Below, piece by piece: positions 1-12,600 of a stretch of 64,000 nucleotides of DNA. Made by a program: the position numbers and the translations under genes. The notes under the pieces are model-generated. The model had not been told where the DNA came from and made no database searches. It worked only from the letters and a program-made list of their open reading frames with translations. Location of the stretch: the NCBI GenBank assembly GCA_905178155.1, contig CAJINV010000002.1, forward strand, positions 5,327,709 through 5,391,708. Reading direction: 5' to 3'. This DNA is from Amoebophrya sp. A120. Lineage: Eukaryota; Protista; Dinoflagellata. The stretch's first letter is position 1. Each line of letters begins with the position of its first letter.

Positions 1-58
1 TGAGAACCTGTCGTGCCTGATATGGAAGATGAAAACACCTCTTAAAACTGCTTACCAG

Positions 59-2475
59 GTTTTCTCTTGGGGTAGTAATTCCAACGGGCAGCTCGGCCAA
101 GGGAAAAGGACGCCGGACCAGCCCGTGCCCGGCGGAGTCGACGAGGCGAAGGACAAGCAAGCCTACCACGATTTCAAGACACTGAAAAAAAAGTACCTGT
201 TCCCAAACAAGATGCACTTGCCGCCCGGAAACGAGGGCGTCAGCAGGATAGGCAGCGGCAACGAAGGCACCTATATCAAAAGGAAAAATCCCCCCTCCCC
301 ATATCAAAACGAAGTTTCTCATGCAGGATTTGCGTACACAAATAAGATTTGTCTTGCTGGAGAGGAATGCAGCCCGATACTAAGCCTAAGTAGAGAGGCT
401 CTGGCCTAGGCGTCTAGCATGAGAGACGTCCGTGCTGTAGGCCCATCAGCATCACAAACCGCCCCCACAATGCTGCGGAGCTTGTGGAGTTGCCTTCTTG
501 CAAGACAGACGTGATTTGAGGTCGCAAATCAGCAGCGCAAATTTTCGGAAACATACCTTTTCGATATGGGGAGGGGGGATTTTTCCTCTTAATAACCTAC
601 ATTGTCACCAAGGGGGCGAAGTCCTACGCCTGCGGGTTGAACGGAGACAACCAACTCGGTATCATACATTGATCTGGAAAAGCATAAACTTCCTTTGCAT
701 CCATGTAAACCGTACGTTTATTTGATGCTCTGCTCAACACTTTTAGTACTGCATCCGCAAATGCAACTGAAGCAGGCCTGCTATCGCTAAGAGTGGTCGA
801 GTTGAAATACATATGTTCATTTCCTTGGTAACTCCAACCTCCCACAGGTCTTGGTAAGCAGCAACCGAACATCATCGAGACCCTGACCGAGCTGGTGGAA
901 CTGCGCGGCAAGCAGATTTCGTACATTGGGGGCGGGCAGCAACACGGGTGTGCCTGGGACAAAAACGACAACCAGGTGTACACGTGGGGCCGGAAGCCTT
1001 TTACCGGCATGAACGTACCGGAGACGAACGCTGACCGCGAGTTTGCGTCCCCGGTGAAAATCCCAAAGGAGGCCTTCGCGGGAAACCGCATCACGGACTT
1101 CAACAGCTCCAGCTACACCAACTTCGCGCTGACGGATATGCAAGAAGAAAAGATCGATCGTGCAGTTGTAGAGTTTTGGTTTTCAGTGATCTTCATGCGC
1201 AGCATGCCAAATGCCGGTCTCTTTCAACATGATGTTGGCCGTGCATTGTAGTGCCCGTGAAGAAAGCGCGTTTTTGCATGTTGCTATCTTCTGGTGCGCA
1301 TCATGACAGGGGTTGCTGTTATGCCATAAAGAATTTGTATATGCTTTTTCTCCGAGACGAAAAAACACTCTCGAACTTTTTCTCTCGGATAACGGAAAAC
1401 GGAGACGTGTTTGCGTGGGGTAGTGGGGAAATGTACCAGTTAGGCAACGTGCCGAAGGACGTCGACAACTACACGAAGGAAGAGAAAGATTTGATCGAGG
1501 GAAAGTCGGAACTCGCGCCCGCACTCATGCACGCGGAAAAGTTGAAGGACAAGTACGATTTTTTTGCGATAATTTCGTTGAAGGTCATTAAGTAGTACTT
1601 CACCATAAAGAACGCAATGGCGTCGAGCCCTATATGATCTTGGTTTTGACGTACACAAAAAAACTCAGGCACTGTGCATGGAGTTTTTTTTCTTCGTGAA
1701 GACGCTGGCTCTACTTCTCATTGATTTCTGCTTTTTTTCTCGGTTTAGGTTTAGGTAGGCCGCCACCGCTGCCGGCACGGGATGGCTGTCGTCGCGACCG
1801 TCTCACCTTCGATCTACGCCTTCTCCTGCTGCACAAGTTCGATCCGGAAAGGGTTTAGTTTAGGTTTCAGGGTTTAGGATATCCACTTTAAATCGACCTA
1901 GGTCGTTCTGCAAAAGTTGTGATTCCATCTATCCCACGAAAAAATAAACAGATACATTCTTTCCGTCGCTGGCGGTAGTCAGCACACGGTGATCCTGGCC
2001 TGGAACCCGATATGAACTGCAAAAGTATCGTACTCGTATAAATGCATGACAAATTTTCTCAGCATGAGAAATAAAATTTGTCATGCTGATTTACCTTACG
2101 AAAAATATTTGTAATGCAAGACCTGCATTTATACGAGTACGATACTTTTGCACAGGATACCCGAATCTTCCGGACAATTTCAAGCGTTCGCAGGCGGTGC
2201 TGGAAATCGAGCAGCAGGAGGATGTCTTGTCCTCGACTGCGCTCCTGAACGAGGAGTCCAACAAGCCGTCGCGGCTCGATTCGCCCTCCAAAATTGACCT
2301 GGAAACACGGTCAGAGATGAACATTTCGCCGCGGGCGAAGCGGCCAAAGCTCTGCTTCAGCCGGGACGTGGTGGAGAGGTGTCTGCAGGAGGTGAAAAAG
2401 CTGGAGAAAACAGTGTGGAACACCGGGCTGAACCGGGACAAGGCCATCGAAAATCTACCCTCGCTGTGTGATTGA
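59..2475 (+). CDS. RCC1/BLIP-II repeat protein, 3' part (multi-exon; probably starts upstream of the window)
   Basis: Spliced exons (~59-273, 600-658, 848-1136, 1397-1552, 1952-2010, 2165-2475) give RCC1 repeat motifs VFSWGSNSNGQLGQG, SYACGLNGDNQLG, GGGQQHG..VYTWG, LTENGDVFAWGSGEMYQLG and VAGGSQHT. Two GT-AG introns (659-847, 1553-1951) and three TIR introns. Confidence 0.85.
274..594. mobile_element. TIR introner, family B (poly-C TIR)
   Basis: TATCAAAAGGAAAAATCCCCCCTCCCCATATC ... GATATGGGGAGGGGGGATTTTTCCTCTTAATA, flanked by DR ACCTA; removal gives GTYIVTKGAKSY. Confidence 0.9.
1137..1391. mobile_element. TIR introner (diverged TIR)
   Basis: TATGCAAGAAGAAAAGATCGA ... TCGAACTTTTTCTCTCGGATA, DR ACGGA; removal restores LTENGDVFAWG. 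Confidence 0.8.
2011..2159. mobile_element. TIR introner, family C
   Basis: TATGAACTGCAAAAGTATCGTACTCGTATAAATGC ... GCATTTATACGAGTACGATACTTTTGCACAGGATA, DR CCCGA; in-frame on removal. Confidence 0.9.
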
Positions 2476-2528
2476 TGGACAAGAACTGTGAATCTCGCTG
2501 TGTAATTGATGGACAAGAACTGTGAATC
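2461..2528 (+). repeat. 34-bp tandem duplication spanning the RCC1 stop codon
   Basis: TCGCTGTGT(G/A)ATTGATGGACAAGAACTGTGAATC x2 with one mismatch. Confidence 0.85.
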
Positions 2529-3285
2529 ATGGTGGCCATTCACTTTTGGGAAATGGTGGCTGTGAAAATGAGAAGGCAAGAACACAAGGGCGGTTCTTTT
2601 CTTGCAAGAGCAGAGCCTTGTTCTTTTAACCTCAGGAAGAGCTACTGCACTACGACGCGAATTATTTGTTCCAAAGTACCTTGTGCACCACGACAAAATG
2701 CGATTGCGACCGCATTAGCATTTCATATATCCGCCTCGTTTTCGTTGAAAAGGCGAGGAGCGACGGGGAATGAAAGGGAGCTCTTTCATCATCGTCAGTT
2801 TTGCTCACTGCTGTACTGTTCGAAGTTTCAAAATCACCCAAACCCCTTCCCGGATGTCAGCGCTCCTTCGGTCTATGGTCCGTTTCCGCGCTTCGTAAGT
2901 GGTACAATTGGAAGTGGTGGTGGACGAGAAAGAAGACGCACCAGGACATGTGTACTTTAGAAATAATGGCGCGCAGCTGTCGATATTGTCTCGTCCTCGT
3001 GCCTCCAGAAGTGTCGTGGTCGTGATAAGCACGCTTCCGTTTCGCGTTCTTGTTTTATTCAAGCTTCTGTTCTTCGTAATTTTCGTGCCATGACAGCACG
3101 ACCGCGCGAGTCAATGTCGATGATATGAGTTGAATAGTACGTACCAGTACGCATCAATACCAATAGAGGTCAGGTGCGCATCAGCTGTGGAAGAAGATGC
3201 CAGCCCATTACTAGCCCGCGATGGCTGCAGTCGCGACTGCCCACCGGCGCAAGAGCAGCTGCTGCAGCAAACTATAACACGAAGA

Positions 3286-5803
3286 ATGAAGGTTCGACCT
3301 TTACCGCTTGCTCATCTTCCCGCCCGCCGCGGAAGATGGCCGCCACTTGTCGCGGTCACGACGTCGTTCTTGATCTTCCTGCTCGCTACAACTGCGTCAG
3401 CAGCAGCCTCGGCTTCTGCGGTGCACGAAGTCCATGTGGCGCAACAAGGTTATCAAGGACAACAAGCTCCCGCCGACGACTCCTCTAGTTTGGAATCTGG
3501 CAACGCGGAAAAACTGTTAGAGGATAACGAGCTGCTGAAGCAGCTGGCCGAGCAGGATGAGAAAGCGGTGCAGCAGCGGAAGGAGAATTTCCAAGCGGAA
3601 TCACACGTGCAGGAGGAGCTGATCGGGTTTTACGCGAAGTTATCAAATGTAAAAATGTCTGGGTCTGGAAGAATGCAACTTGTCATGCTAAATCTGAAGC
3701 ATGCAAAAATCTGTGTTGCATGATTACCAAAAGTCGTCCAGTTTTGACCAAGTCTGGAGGGAGTTTCTCATGCAGGATAGGCATGAGAGAGATCGCACAG
3801 AATCTGTCATGCTAGGTCCTGCATTCCAGACCTCATGGGTCATGGAAAAGCTGCATGACAAATCGCTCATTCTTCCAGACTCAGGCATTTTTACATCTGA
3901 TAGAAGTCTCTGCAGGCACAAAGACTCGCGCTGGACCAGCTGCAGTCCTCTTCCAAGCAAAACGCGGAAGAAGCCGTATCAAATGCAAAAATGTCTGGGT
4001 CTGGAAGATTTTGAGATTTGTCATGCTTGTCTGGCATGACCAAAAAGTTTGTGATGCGTGTCCGAGAAGAGACCCTTTTGCCTGTCATGCAAAAACGCAG
4101 TTTGTCATGCGAAAGCCGCAACACAGAGAACTTCTTTGAAAGAAGCGCAGATACTTCTCATGTTTGCCTGTGCATTACAGAGCATTCACTATTCCCAACG
4201 CAGCATTACAAGTTTCCAGACCCAGACATTTTTACATTTGATAAGCCGTGGAGATCAACAAGGAACTGAAGAAAACGCTGGACAACTTGAAGAAGAGCGA
4301 GGCGGGGTTGGTGGCTGCCGCGAAGGAGAAGGCCAAGGAAGCCGTCGTGCAGAAGTTCCGGGAAGAAAATTTTTTGTTGAAGAATTGGGACAAAGTGACC
4401 TTTGGAACGGAAAACTCAAAGGTGGCGGAAAGGAAAACGGAACAGTACGTGGCGCATGTGAGTATTGATAGCGTTTTTACTTTTATATACTCAACGCACT
4501 TGATTCCATTTTGTTGCTTGATTTAGGTCCGCATGACATATTCATCTTCGGCGATGGAGTGCTGCGCGACGCTTTTCGTATTTATTCTAGGCAGTTGTGG
4601 TGCGCAGCAGTGGGAGGTACCATTACAATAAATGAAAAATCGCAACATATAAAAACCTCTGTTGACATCTGCAGCGTAATTTTTTACCTTCCAACCACCC
4701 CTCCACGACAGATGACCTCTACACCCGCGCTTTGCAGAACGAGCGGCAAGCCGCGGGACTGGAGACCGAGGCCAACAGCCTTGCAGCGTCTTCCCAGGCA
4801 CTGTCCGACGGTGCCGACGACAAGGAGGATATGGAGTTCTCAAATGCTACATTCTCAACTGTATACGTGAATTTGTAATGCAAGAATGATAAAAGTGAAA
4901 CTGAAAGGGGGAAGATTGTGCCTTTTGCATTACAACTACTTCGGCGCAGATTCTGATGCTATCTAGCACGTGAAGAACTTATCATGCGCGGCAGCTCAAT
5001 CATGTAGATAATGATGGCAGTTTTGCGCGCCCAATCGCGTAACAGTTGAGAATGTAACGCTTGAGAATCCCATAGAGAAGGCCGGCGAGGCCCTGGCCGC
5101 CCAACTGGACCGGTCGGAGGCCGCGCAGTTGAAATTGCAGGCGGGCGAGAAGTATGCATCGCAAAAGTTGTGGTACCGTGCTGCTCGTGCTACAACATGC
5201 CATCACGCATGACAAATCCGCTTCCTCTGCTTGCATCTGCATCAGGGAAAATGAAATTTGCCGTGCAAGAGAAATTTTAAGTAGTATCAGTATGATGCTT
5301 TTGCCCTGCATACGAAGCGGGCCTACGCGGACGCGCTGATGGCGGAAGCCAAGCAGTGGACGGGAAAGCGGAAGGATTTGAGTCCGGGGACGGACGGGGA
5401 CGTGGATGAGTTGGTGAGAAAACCCTACGCGGATATCAAAAGCAAAAATCCCCCCTCCCCATATCAAAACCAAATTTCTGATGCTGGATTTGGATACACA
5501 AATCAGATTTGTGTTGCAGAAAGGCATTGCGGCCAGATCCCCAGGCTAGCTGCAGCCGTTTGGGTCTAGTTGCTCAGCACGGCAAACGGCTCACTTTTAG
5601 GCCCAAAAGCATGACAAATCGCTTCCATAATGGGGCGGAAGCTTCTGCCCTTGTCTTCTTGCAAGACAAATGTGACTTGTGACCTCAAATCAGCAACACA
5701 AATTTTAATTTTCGGAAACATGCCTTTTCGATATGGGGAGGGGGGATTTTTCCTCACAATAACGGACGTGCACTCCTCACTGGACTTCTTGGCCCGGCGG
5801 TGA
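3286..5803 (+). CDS. Hypothetical protein with N-terminal hydrophobic (signal/anchor) segment and coiled-coil body
   Basis: LVAVTTSFLIFLLATTASA followed by E/K/Q/A-rich helical exons joined in frame by removing five TIR introns; stop TGA at 5801-5803. Splicing around 4458-4710 is unresolved. Confidence 0.6.
3641..3902. mobile_element. TIR introner, family A
   Basis: TATCAAATGTAAAAATGTCTGGGTCTGGAAG ... CTTCCAGACTCAGGCATTTTTACATCTGATA, DR GAAGT. Confidence 0.92.
3977..4243. mobile_element. TIR introner, family A
   Basis: ~30-bp family A TIRs, DR AGCCG; removal gives NAEEAVEINKELKK. Confidence 0.92.
4830..5074. mobile_element. TIR introner, family D
   Basis: TATGGAGTTCTCAAATGCTACATTCTCAACTG ... 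CAGTTGAGAATGTAACGCTTGAGAATCCCATA, DR GAGGA/GAGAA. Confidence 0.88.
5153..5312. mobile_element. TIR introner, family C-like
   Basis: TATGCATCGCAAAAG ... CTTTTGCCCTGCATA, DR AGAAG/CGAAG; in-frame on removal. Confidence 0.78.
5434..5761. mobile_element. TIR introner, family B
   Basis: Poly-C/poly-G TIRs as at 274-594, DR GCGGA/ACGGA. Confidence 0.9.
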
Positions 5804-6607
5804 GCAGGGAAGGGAGGCAATCAAACAGTGATGTTTTTCTTTTTACGCTGTGGCTGTGGGCAGCTTTCTGGTCGTCCTCTCGACTTCGACAAGGCAGTAC
5901 CGTAGAGCATGGCTCAGATGAAAGGCTTCTGCTTTACGCCGTTTTGAAGATGATGCTTGTGTCTACAAGCAGAATAGAGAAAATTTTCTTTTCCCCACGT
6001 CGAGTCCTCGACGGATGCGTCCATACTGAGAACAGTTACTGGGTGTGTAAGTTTCAAAAGAAAATTCGCTAACACGACGACGCACATTTCCTGGAAGTAC
6101 TCCTCGTGCAATTTCTACAATTTTTCTACATCTTTACGGAAAAGTGATTGTCTCCCGAGTGTTCGTTTTTTTTTGTCTCTACGATGAATGCTGAGGTGTC
6201 TCTACCTCGTCTCGCTTTAGTACTACTAGACAAAGATCATGATCAACATGTTGAACATATTAGTTGGATAAAACGCGTCGAGAAACAGAAATCATACATA
6301 ACGCTGTGAAGTAGATGCTGCAGTTGGATCATCTACATCTTCTCTGGTCGACGTTGCGTCTTTTGTTGGTGGTTTTTTTTCTGTCACCGCACTCTTCCAG
6401 CACGTAAGCGCTAGTCCTAGTTCGTTGTGCCATGGAGTTGTACTCTTCGCAAGTTGTACGACTAACAAGAACGGCGGCTCCTCGTTGTTGGTGAAGACTT
6501 GTGCCAAGTAGTTGATCTGAATGAATAGAATCTCCTTAAATTAAAACGAGAAACTCCTGCCACTCCTGCTACATACTTTGTAAAGGAAATTGCTAACCGC
6601 GTCGAAA

Positions 6608-9600
6608 ATGTTTTCCGGAGTTGCCGGCATGCTGCCACTTCCTCCCACTGGGAGCGGTGGTTCGTCCTCTGCTGCCGGTGCCCAGGGCAGCACGAGTAGA
6701 GGCACAAATAGCGACCAGCAGCAACTCGTGCACTTCTGCGAATCGGTCGGAATTCGCTCGCTCGCGAGGAATGGCAAGTACCTGGCGCACTACAAGATGA
6801 CGATGACCACCACTTCCGGAGGGTTATACTATGGCACAGCAGGCGGGTCTGCTGGGAGTTCTTCGTTTGCGGGAACTAGTACAACGGCGAGCAGCACTGG
6901 TGTGAAAAATTCCGTTGAAATTGCGGGCGTCCACCCCTTTCCGCGCACCGACGGCACGTCCGCGCCCAGTGAATGGTCCGTGCATCGGTTTGCGCCCGAG
7001 AAGCGGTTTACCAATTTGCAGATCGGAGGCAGTTCTGCGTCTTCCTCCGCCACGGGTAGTAATGTCCGTGCCGCCGCCGGGGGACTACACCACAGTCTAG
7101 GTGGGCCGCCGTCGAGCTCCTTTCTAGATGAGGCCACGTTGCGATGCGGAGACTCTGTATTGCTGCGGTGTATGCGTTCTTGCCTTGCTGGCTGTGACCA
7201 TGTGCTACGATAGCATGGATAATTTAGTATAGTAGTACCAGCTCCTCGAGTCAACAGAGATCCGTCTCGTCGACGAGATCGATCGAAAGTAAGCTGCGAC
7301 GAGTAGTTGTTGTGTCATGTTGCAAGAATGAATGACCCGGCCAGGACGACAGGAACAGGTGTAGACCAGCACGTTGAATGTACTTGAAAAACCAAAACAC
7401 CAAGAAAGCGAATATCTAAACAGGTTTGCTTCGTTCGTAACCGCGACCCGGTGAAGAACACTTGCGAGTACCTCACCTCCCTCGGCCGGGAGCAGATTAG
7501 CGTCGAGCGAGATTCTTGCGATGCGACCAGGCCGGGGTACAATATGGCGTTCTCAACTGTTACATTCTCAACTGTTGCATGAATTTGTCATGCAGAACTA
7601 CCATCAAGATCCACACGAGAAAGCTGCGTCGCATGACAAATTTGCGAAGAGCTTAACAGCACCTAAATCTGTGCAGAACTTGTAATGCTAGAGGTGCAAC
7701 CTCCCCCCTTTCACTTTTGCAATTCTTGCATCACAGTTGAGAATGTAACAATTGAGAACGCCATATACAAATGGCTGATCGTGAACGCCGACGACCCGCG
7801 GAGCCAGGCGAAACTGCAAGAGACAGACGCGGTCTACTTGAAGGATCCGTTCCACAACTTCCTCTCCGTAAATCCGAGTTTCGGCCAGGGTGCTGGCGGG
7901 GGGCCCTCCGCGCCGGCAAAGTCCTCCACGCCAATCTGCGTTGCGGAGACCCTACGCCACGAGCGTTGCGTCAGGTATTGGGTACTTTGCATTTTTGCAA
8001 TAGTTTTCTTTCAGTATCAATTCATTAAAGGGAAGATCGGACAGAATGAATATAGAATTTTGCACTGCAGGCATTGCCACCTCGACAAACTTAAACGTCA
8101 CTTGAGCTTCTGGACGGTGTGTTTGTTGGCGCTGTCCTTCTTGTCACGACTGTCACTTCTTGCTATTTTTTCTCTTTCAGCACAAGTGGATGCAAAGGGA
8201 AAAGAATCCAACACAAATACGACGATCTTGATCTCTCACCTCATTTAGGTGGCAGCTCCTGCGCGCAAAGTCTGTGCCCATGTGGGAGGTCTTTGAGCCC
8301 CCTCCGGACAACACTACCGAAACAATAGCAAATTCAGCCGCCGCGGGTGGCTTTAACCCGAATCTGTCTTCGCTGGACATGTCGGTTCTCTCCGCGGCAA
8401 CGCAAAACCGGAACAATCCGACCAACAATCTCTATCACTTGCTCCAGCAGCGACAGGCGGAGACGACGCTCCCGGTTTTCAACCACGCTACGGACAACCT
8501 GTTTGACGCGCCCCATTTTATGCGCGAAAACAACGTTTTCCAACTCTTCTCCTCGTCTACCGAGGACCCGCCGACCGCTCTGGAGCAGGAGAAAGCGCTG
8601 GTGGAGGACATTTTGTTCTGCTTGCTCGGGGTTCGGGATGGCCAGTTCATTAAGTGTAAGAAGATACGAACAGGAGGATCTACAACTGGAACGACAACAT
8701 CATCTGCCGGCAGCAGTGGGGTAAATAATAACCCGCCTGTCGCGTTCAAATACGAGATTCCTTCTGCTGGTGCAACCACTGGTGGGGGCTCAGCTAGTAC
8801 CGGGACGACGAACCCGGCCTCTGCAACCGACAGCGCTGCGAACAATGCGGAAAGCTCGGGAAGCGCCGGGAACTCACGGGCAAGAGCGAGAAGTGGGTCC
8901 TCGTTGCAAGGCGGCGGCGTTCCGATACCTTGGAAGGTACAGGGAGTTTTCATCATTTTCTGTTGTTCCAGACTGTTGGCAAGCAGGTGCAAGTGATATA
9001 TTTCGTGCACTTTTGATCATTCCTCGTGCCCGCTATAAATCCTGTGCACGAATTTTTAGGCGAGATGTTGAAATAAATCTTCTCAAGAAATAAAACTCCG
9101 AAGGTCGCCCTGATCCATTTGACAAGGCAGATCCTGCCCCTGTGCGAATGGCACGCCACTGTCACCGACTACGTGGACTACCACTCGACACTAGACAAGG
9201 GAAAGATTCAGCACGCCCTGTGCGCCGCGGTAGACAATCTCGTGCAGGAATACAGATTGAAAATCGGCCAACTGGAGAGTCTCCATCGCGAAGATCATCA
9301 TAGCACCGGCGCAGGCAACAGCGCCGGCGGGGGTGCAACATCCAATTCAGCAAACAACTTCACGCTGCATCGCCTCTGGTACCTCCTGCAGCCGTCCTTC
9401 GAGACGATGTCGCAACTAGCGGCGATCTGCACCGCCGTGTACGGAAAAAGCGGGGGCAGCTTGCTTCGGGCATTAGAAGCGGTGATGCAGGGGGGACGAT
9501 TTGGGAACTCGGTCGTGCGGAAAAAATTGGCGGAGCATTGTATTGATAGAAAAACGTCGATCTTCCTAGCCTGATGTCAACCAACATATGTGAGTTTGGA

Positions 9601-12600
9601 TTCGCTTTATAGTTGCATAGGGAAATTCAAATTCTTCACCCGTGCGTGGATAGGATTTCTCATTCTCTTGCAATGTCGCATTCTTACAACTGAAGTATCC
9701 CTTCGTTTTTCTTGTGCTTCTGGTTCTTCCGCATCTACACCCACTCGTGACATTTTTTTTTGCGACAACCTCTCAGGTCTCGCGGCCGCCACGGTTCCTT
9801 TTTTCGACATGCTCGCGGATTGGCTCGAGGAGGGAAAACTCACCGAGGACGTGTACGACGAGTTTTTCGTAAAGAAGAACCCGCAGGTTTCGGAGAGCAA
9901 ATTTGGCCCCTTCTTCTGGCACAACCGTTACTACGTGGAGCCCTCGCTCATCCCCGGGTTTTTACTCTCCCTGAAAGACCGAATTTTGAAGGCGGGGAAG
10001 TATAAAAAGGTGCTAAACGACTGCATCCGGATCAAAAACGAGGAAAACGCGGGACGAACACATGTTGAACAAGATGCAGGACGAATGCATTTTTCCCAAC
10101 GGGGCTCGTCGTCCAGGGCGGTCACGACCTTCTCGAGTAGAAAAAACGAAAAGGACGACAACGACCACTACACGGGAATAAATAGTATTAAAATCGCCAC
10201 CAGCTTGATGACGAGTGTTTCGTCGGATCACCACGACCACCCGACGAGCAAGTCGAAAAGTAGAACTTTCTACTACACCAAGTCGGACTCCTTCTACATT
10301 CAGAAGGTCACGAAGTTCTACCAGCAGAGCTCGAAGCAACTGCTGCAGTACTTTCTGCACGATCTGAAGCTGAAGACGCGGCTCCGGGTCTTCCGCGCGC
10401 TGTTTTTCCTGGAGAAGGCAGACTGGGTCTCCATCCTGTTTTTGAACGCGCGCAACGAGTTGGAGCAGCCGATGAACTTGGTGAATGCGCAACGCTTGGA
10501 GTCCGTGCTGGACTTGTCGTTTCGCAGTTCCTCGCTGCACGTGCTGTATAACAACACTCTGGAGCAAAAACAACCGATTTTTGTCAACGCCCAGACCGCG
10601 TTGAAGGAAAGCTTGGACTTCGCGCGAGTAAACAGCAGCAGCACAGTATGAAATGCAAAAGCATCGTACTAGTAATAGTATAAATCGCATGACAAATTTA
10701 CCTTAAGAAAAAACTACTACGAGTGCGATACTTTTGCACAGGATACACAGATGAACAACTACATCTGGATAATGAAGCCGAAGACGCCGGGCGGGGTGTT
10801 AAAAGTGCCGGAGCAGCCACGGGACGAGGACGCAGACGAGGGCAAGATCAAGATGACGCGAGACCAGACACAGTAGATGAAGATCAGGAACAAGTAGACG
10901 AAGGCGGTAATGTGATTGAAGACCAAATTGCAGCAGACGAACGCCCTGCGTACACGACGTACTTCCCGAAGACACCCTTCGCTCAGTTTTCCCGGTTGCC
11001 GACGACTGACAAGGACGTCACGGAAAAGATTCTGTCGCAGATAAAGCCCGCATTTCACACCTTCCGAATCGAAGACAAATGCAGGATGTTGCTGCAATCT
11101 TCGAGTTATCAACTGCAAAAATGTCTGGGTCTGGAAGGATGCCAGATTTATCATGCAGGTTTTCTATGACCCACGAGGTCTGGAGTGCAGCACCTAGCAT
11201 GAAAAATTTGGTTAGATCTCTATCATGCCTATCCTGCATGGGAAATTCCCTCTCGACTTGGTGAAAACTGGAGGACTTTTAGTAATCATGCAACACAGAT
11301 TTTTGCATGCTTCAGATTTAGCATGAGGAGTTGCATTCTTCCAGACCCAGACACTTTTGCATTTGATACGAGTAACCTGGGAGGCTCTAGTACCTCAAGC
11401 GGCGGAATGGCAGCAGGTGGTATTTTCAGCAATAGTGGAGGGGGCGACTACAATCAGGAGGTGCCATTCGAGGATTTGATTGTCATGAACCCCAGCACGT
11501 CCGCCGCGATGAAAAACGTGCAGCAACCCGGAATCAAATTCTTCACGCTGCAATACACGACCGAAGCAGGAGGTGGTTCTTCGAGCTCTTCTTCTGCAGC
11601 CGCCGGGTCATCATACCAGTACCACCAGCCTCAGCCGCACGAGCAGATGAACAATTACGATACGACTGCGGCAGCTTCGTCGTCCTCCTCTCAGACGACG
11701 CAAAATCCGGAATGGCTTTTGTTCCACGGGAGTAACTTGCTGAAGTACCAGTGCATCTTCCGACACTTGATCTACCTGAAATACGTCGAGAAGCGGCTGG
11801 CGGACGTGTGGATCATGGAGCAAAAGATGGCGTTCGCGAACGGATCCGCACAGCACTACAAAATGCTGAACAGCAAATTTTCGACCGTCCAGAGCCTGCG
11901 GGAGTCCTACAGCCTCCGGCAGCAGATGTACCACTTCGTCCACTCCTTGCTCCACCTCTCGCAAGCCAGCTCGCTGGAGCCGAACTTTTTTAGCCTGATC
12001 AAGCAGCTAGACGAGATTGACTCTGTCGACGAGCTGCTGGAAGTGCACGATCTCTTTCTCTACAAGTGCTTCACCGAAACGCTGCTTTTGTTCGAGTGCA
12101 GCGGCGGGGGCGGGACGAGTGCAGCGTCGTCGCCGAACCAACAGCTGCCAGGAGAGCAAAACAGCTCGAATCTAAATCTCTCCTTCAACACGACAGCGAG
12201 TAGCACGACTACCATGTACCACACGCTGTTTATCACAAGAAGAAAATGTAAAGATACACAGTTTACAGTAATAAATTTCAGCAACACAAATTTTCATCTC
12301 TGCACGACAACGAAATAAGATTGCAATGTAGAGATCAACATAAGGGGAAGCACGCAGTACGAAATTGCGCTCTTCATATGCATAAGCATATCTGGCGTGA
12401 CAGGGCTTGTTTCTCTTGCTTGTTCCCCAAGAACTACCTAATGTGTAACTGTACCACTTTTTTCTTTGCATACTGTTGAAGCTTCTGTCCACCTGCGTTT
12501 TGTTTGCCACGGCCGTGGAGGACTTCATTCAGCGGTTCGGCACCACAACCAACATGAATAACACCGTCCCCGGATCCGGGCTGGTCTCCACGACGAATTC

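Noticed and set aside
3701-4269. Recurring short ORFs with motifs such as MSGSGR, KCKNVWVWK, LPDPDIF and QKCLGLE here and at many other sites
   Set aside because: These are translations of the family A TIR in different frames, not a protein family.
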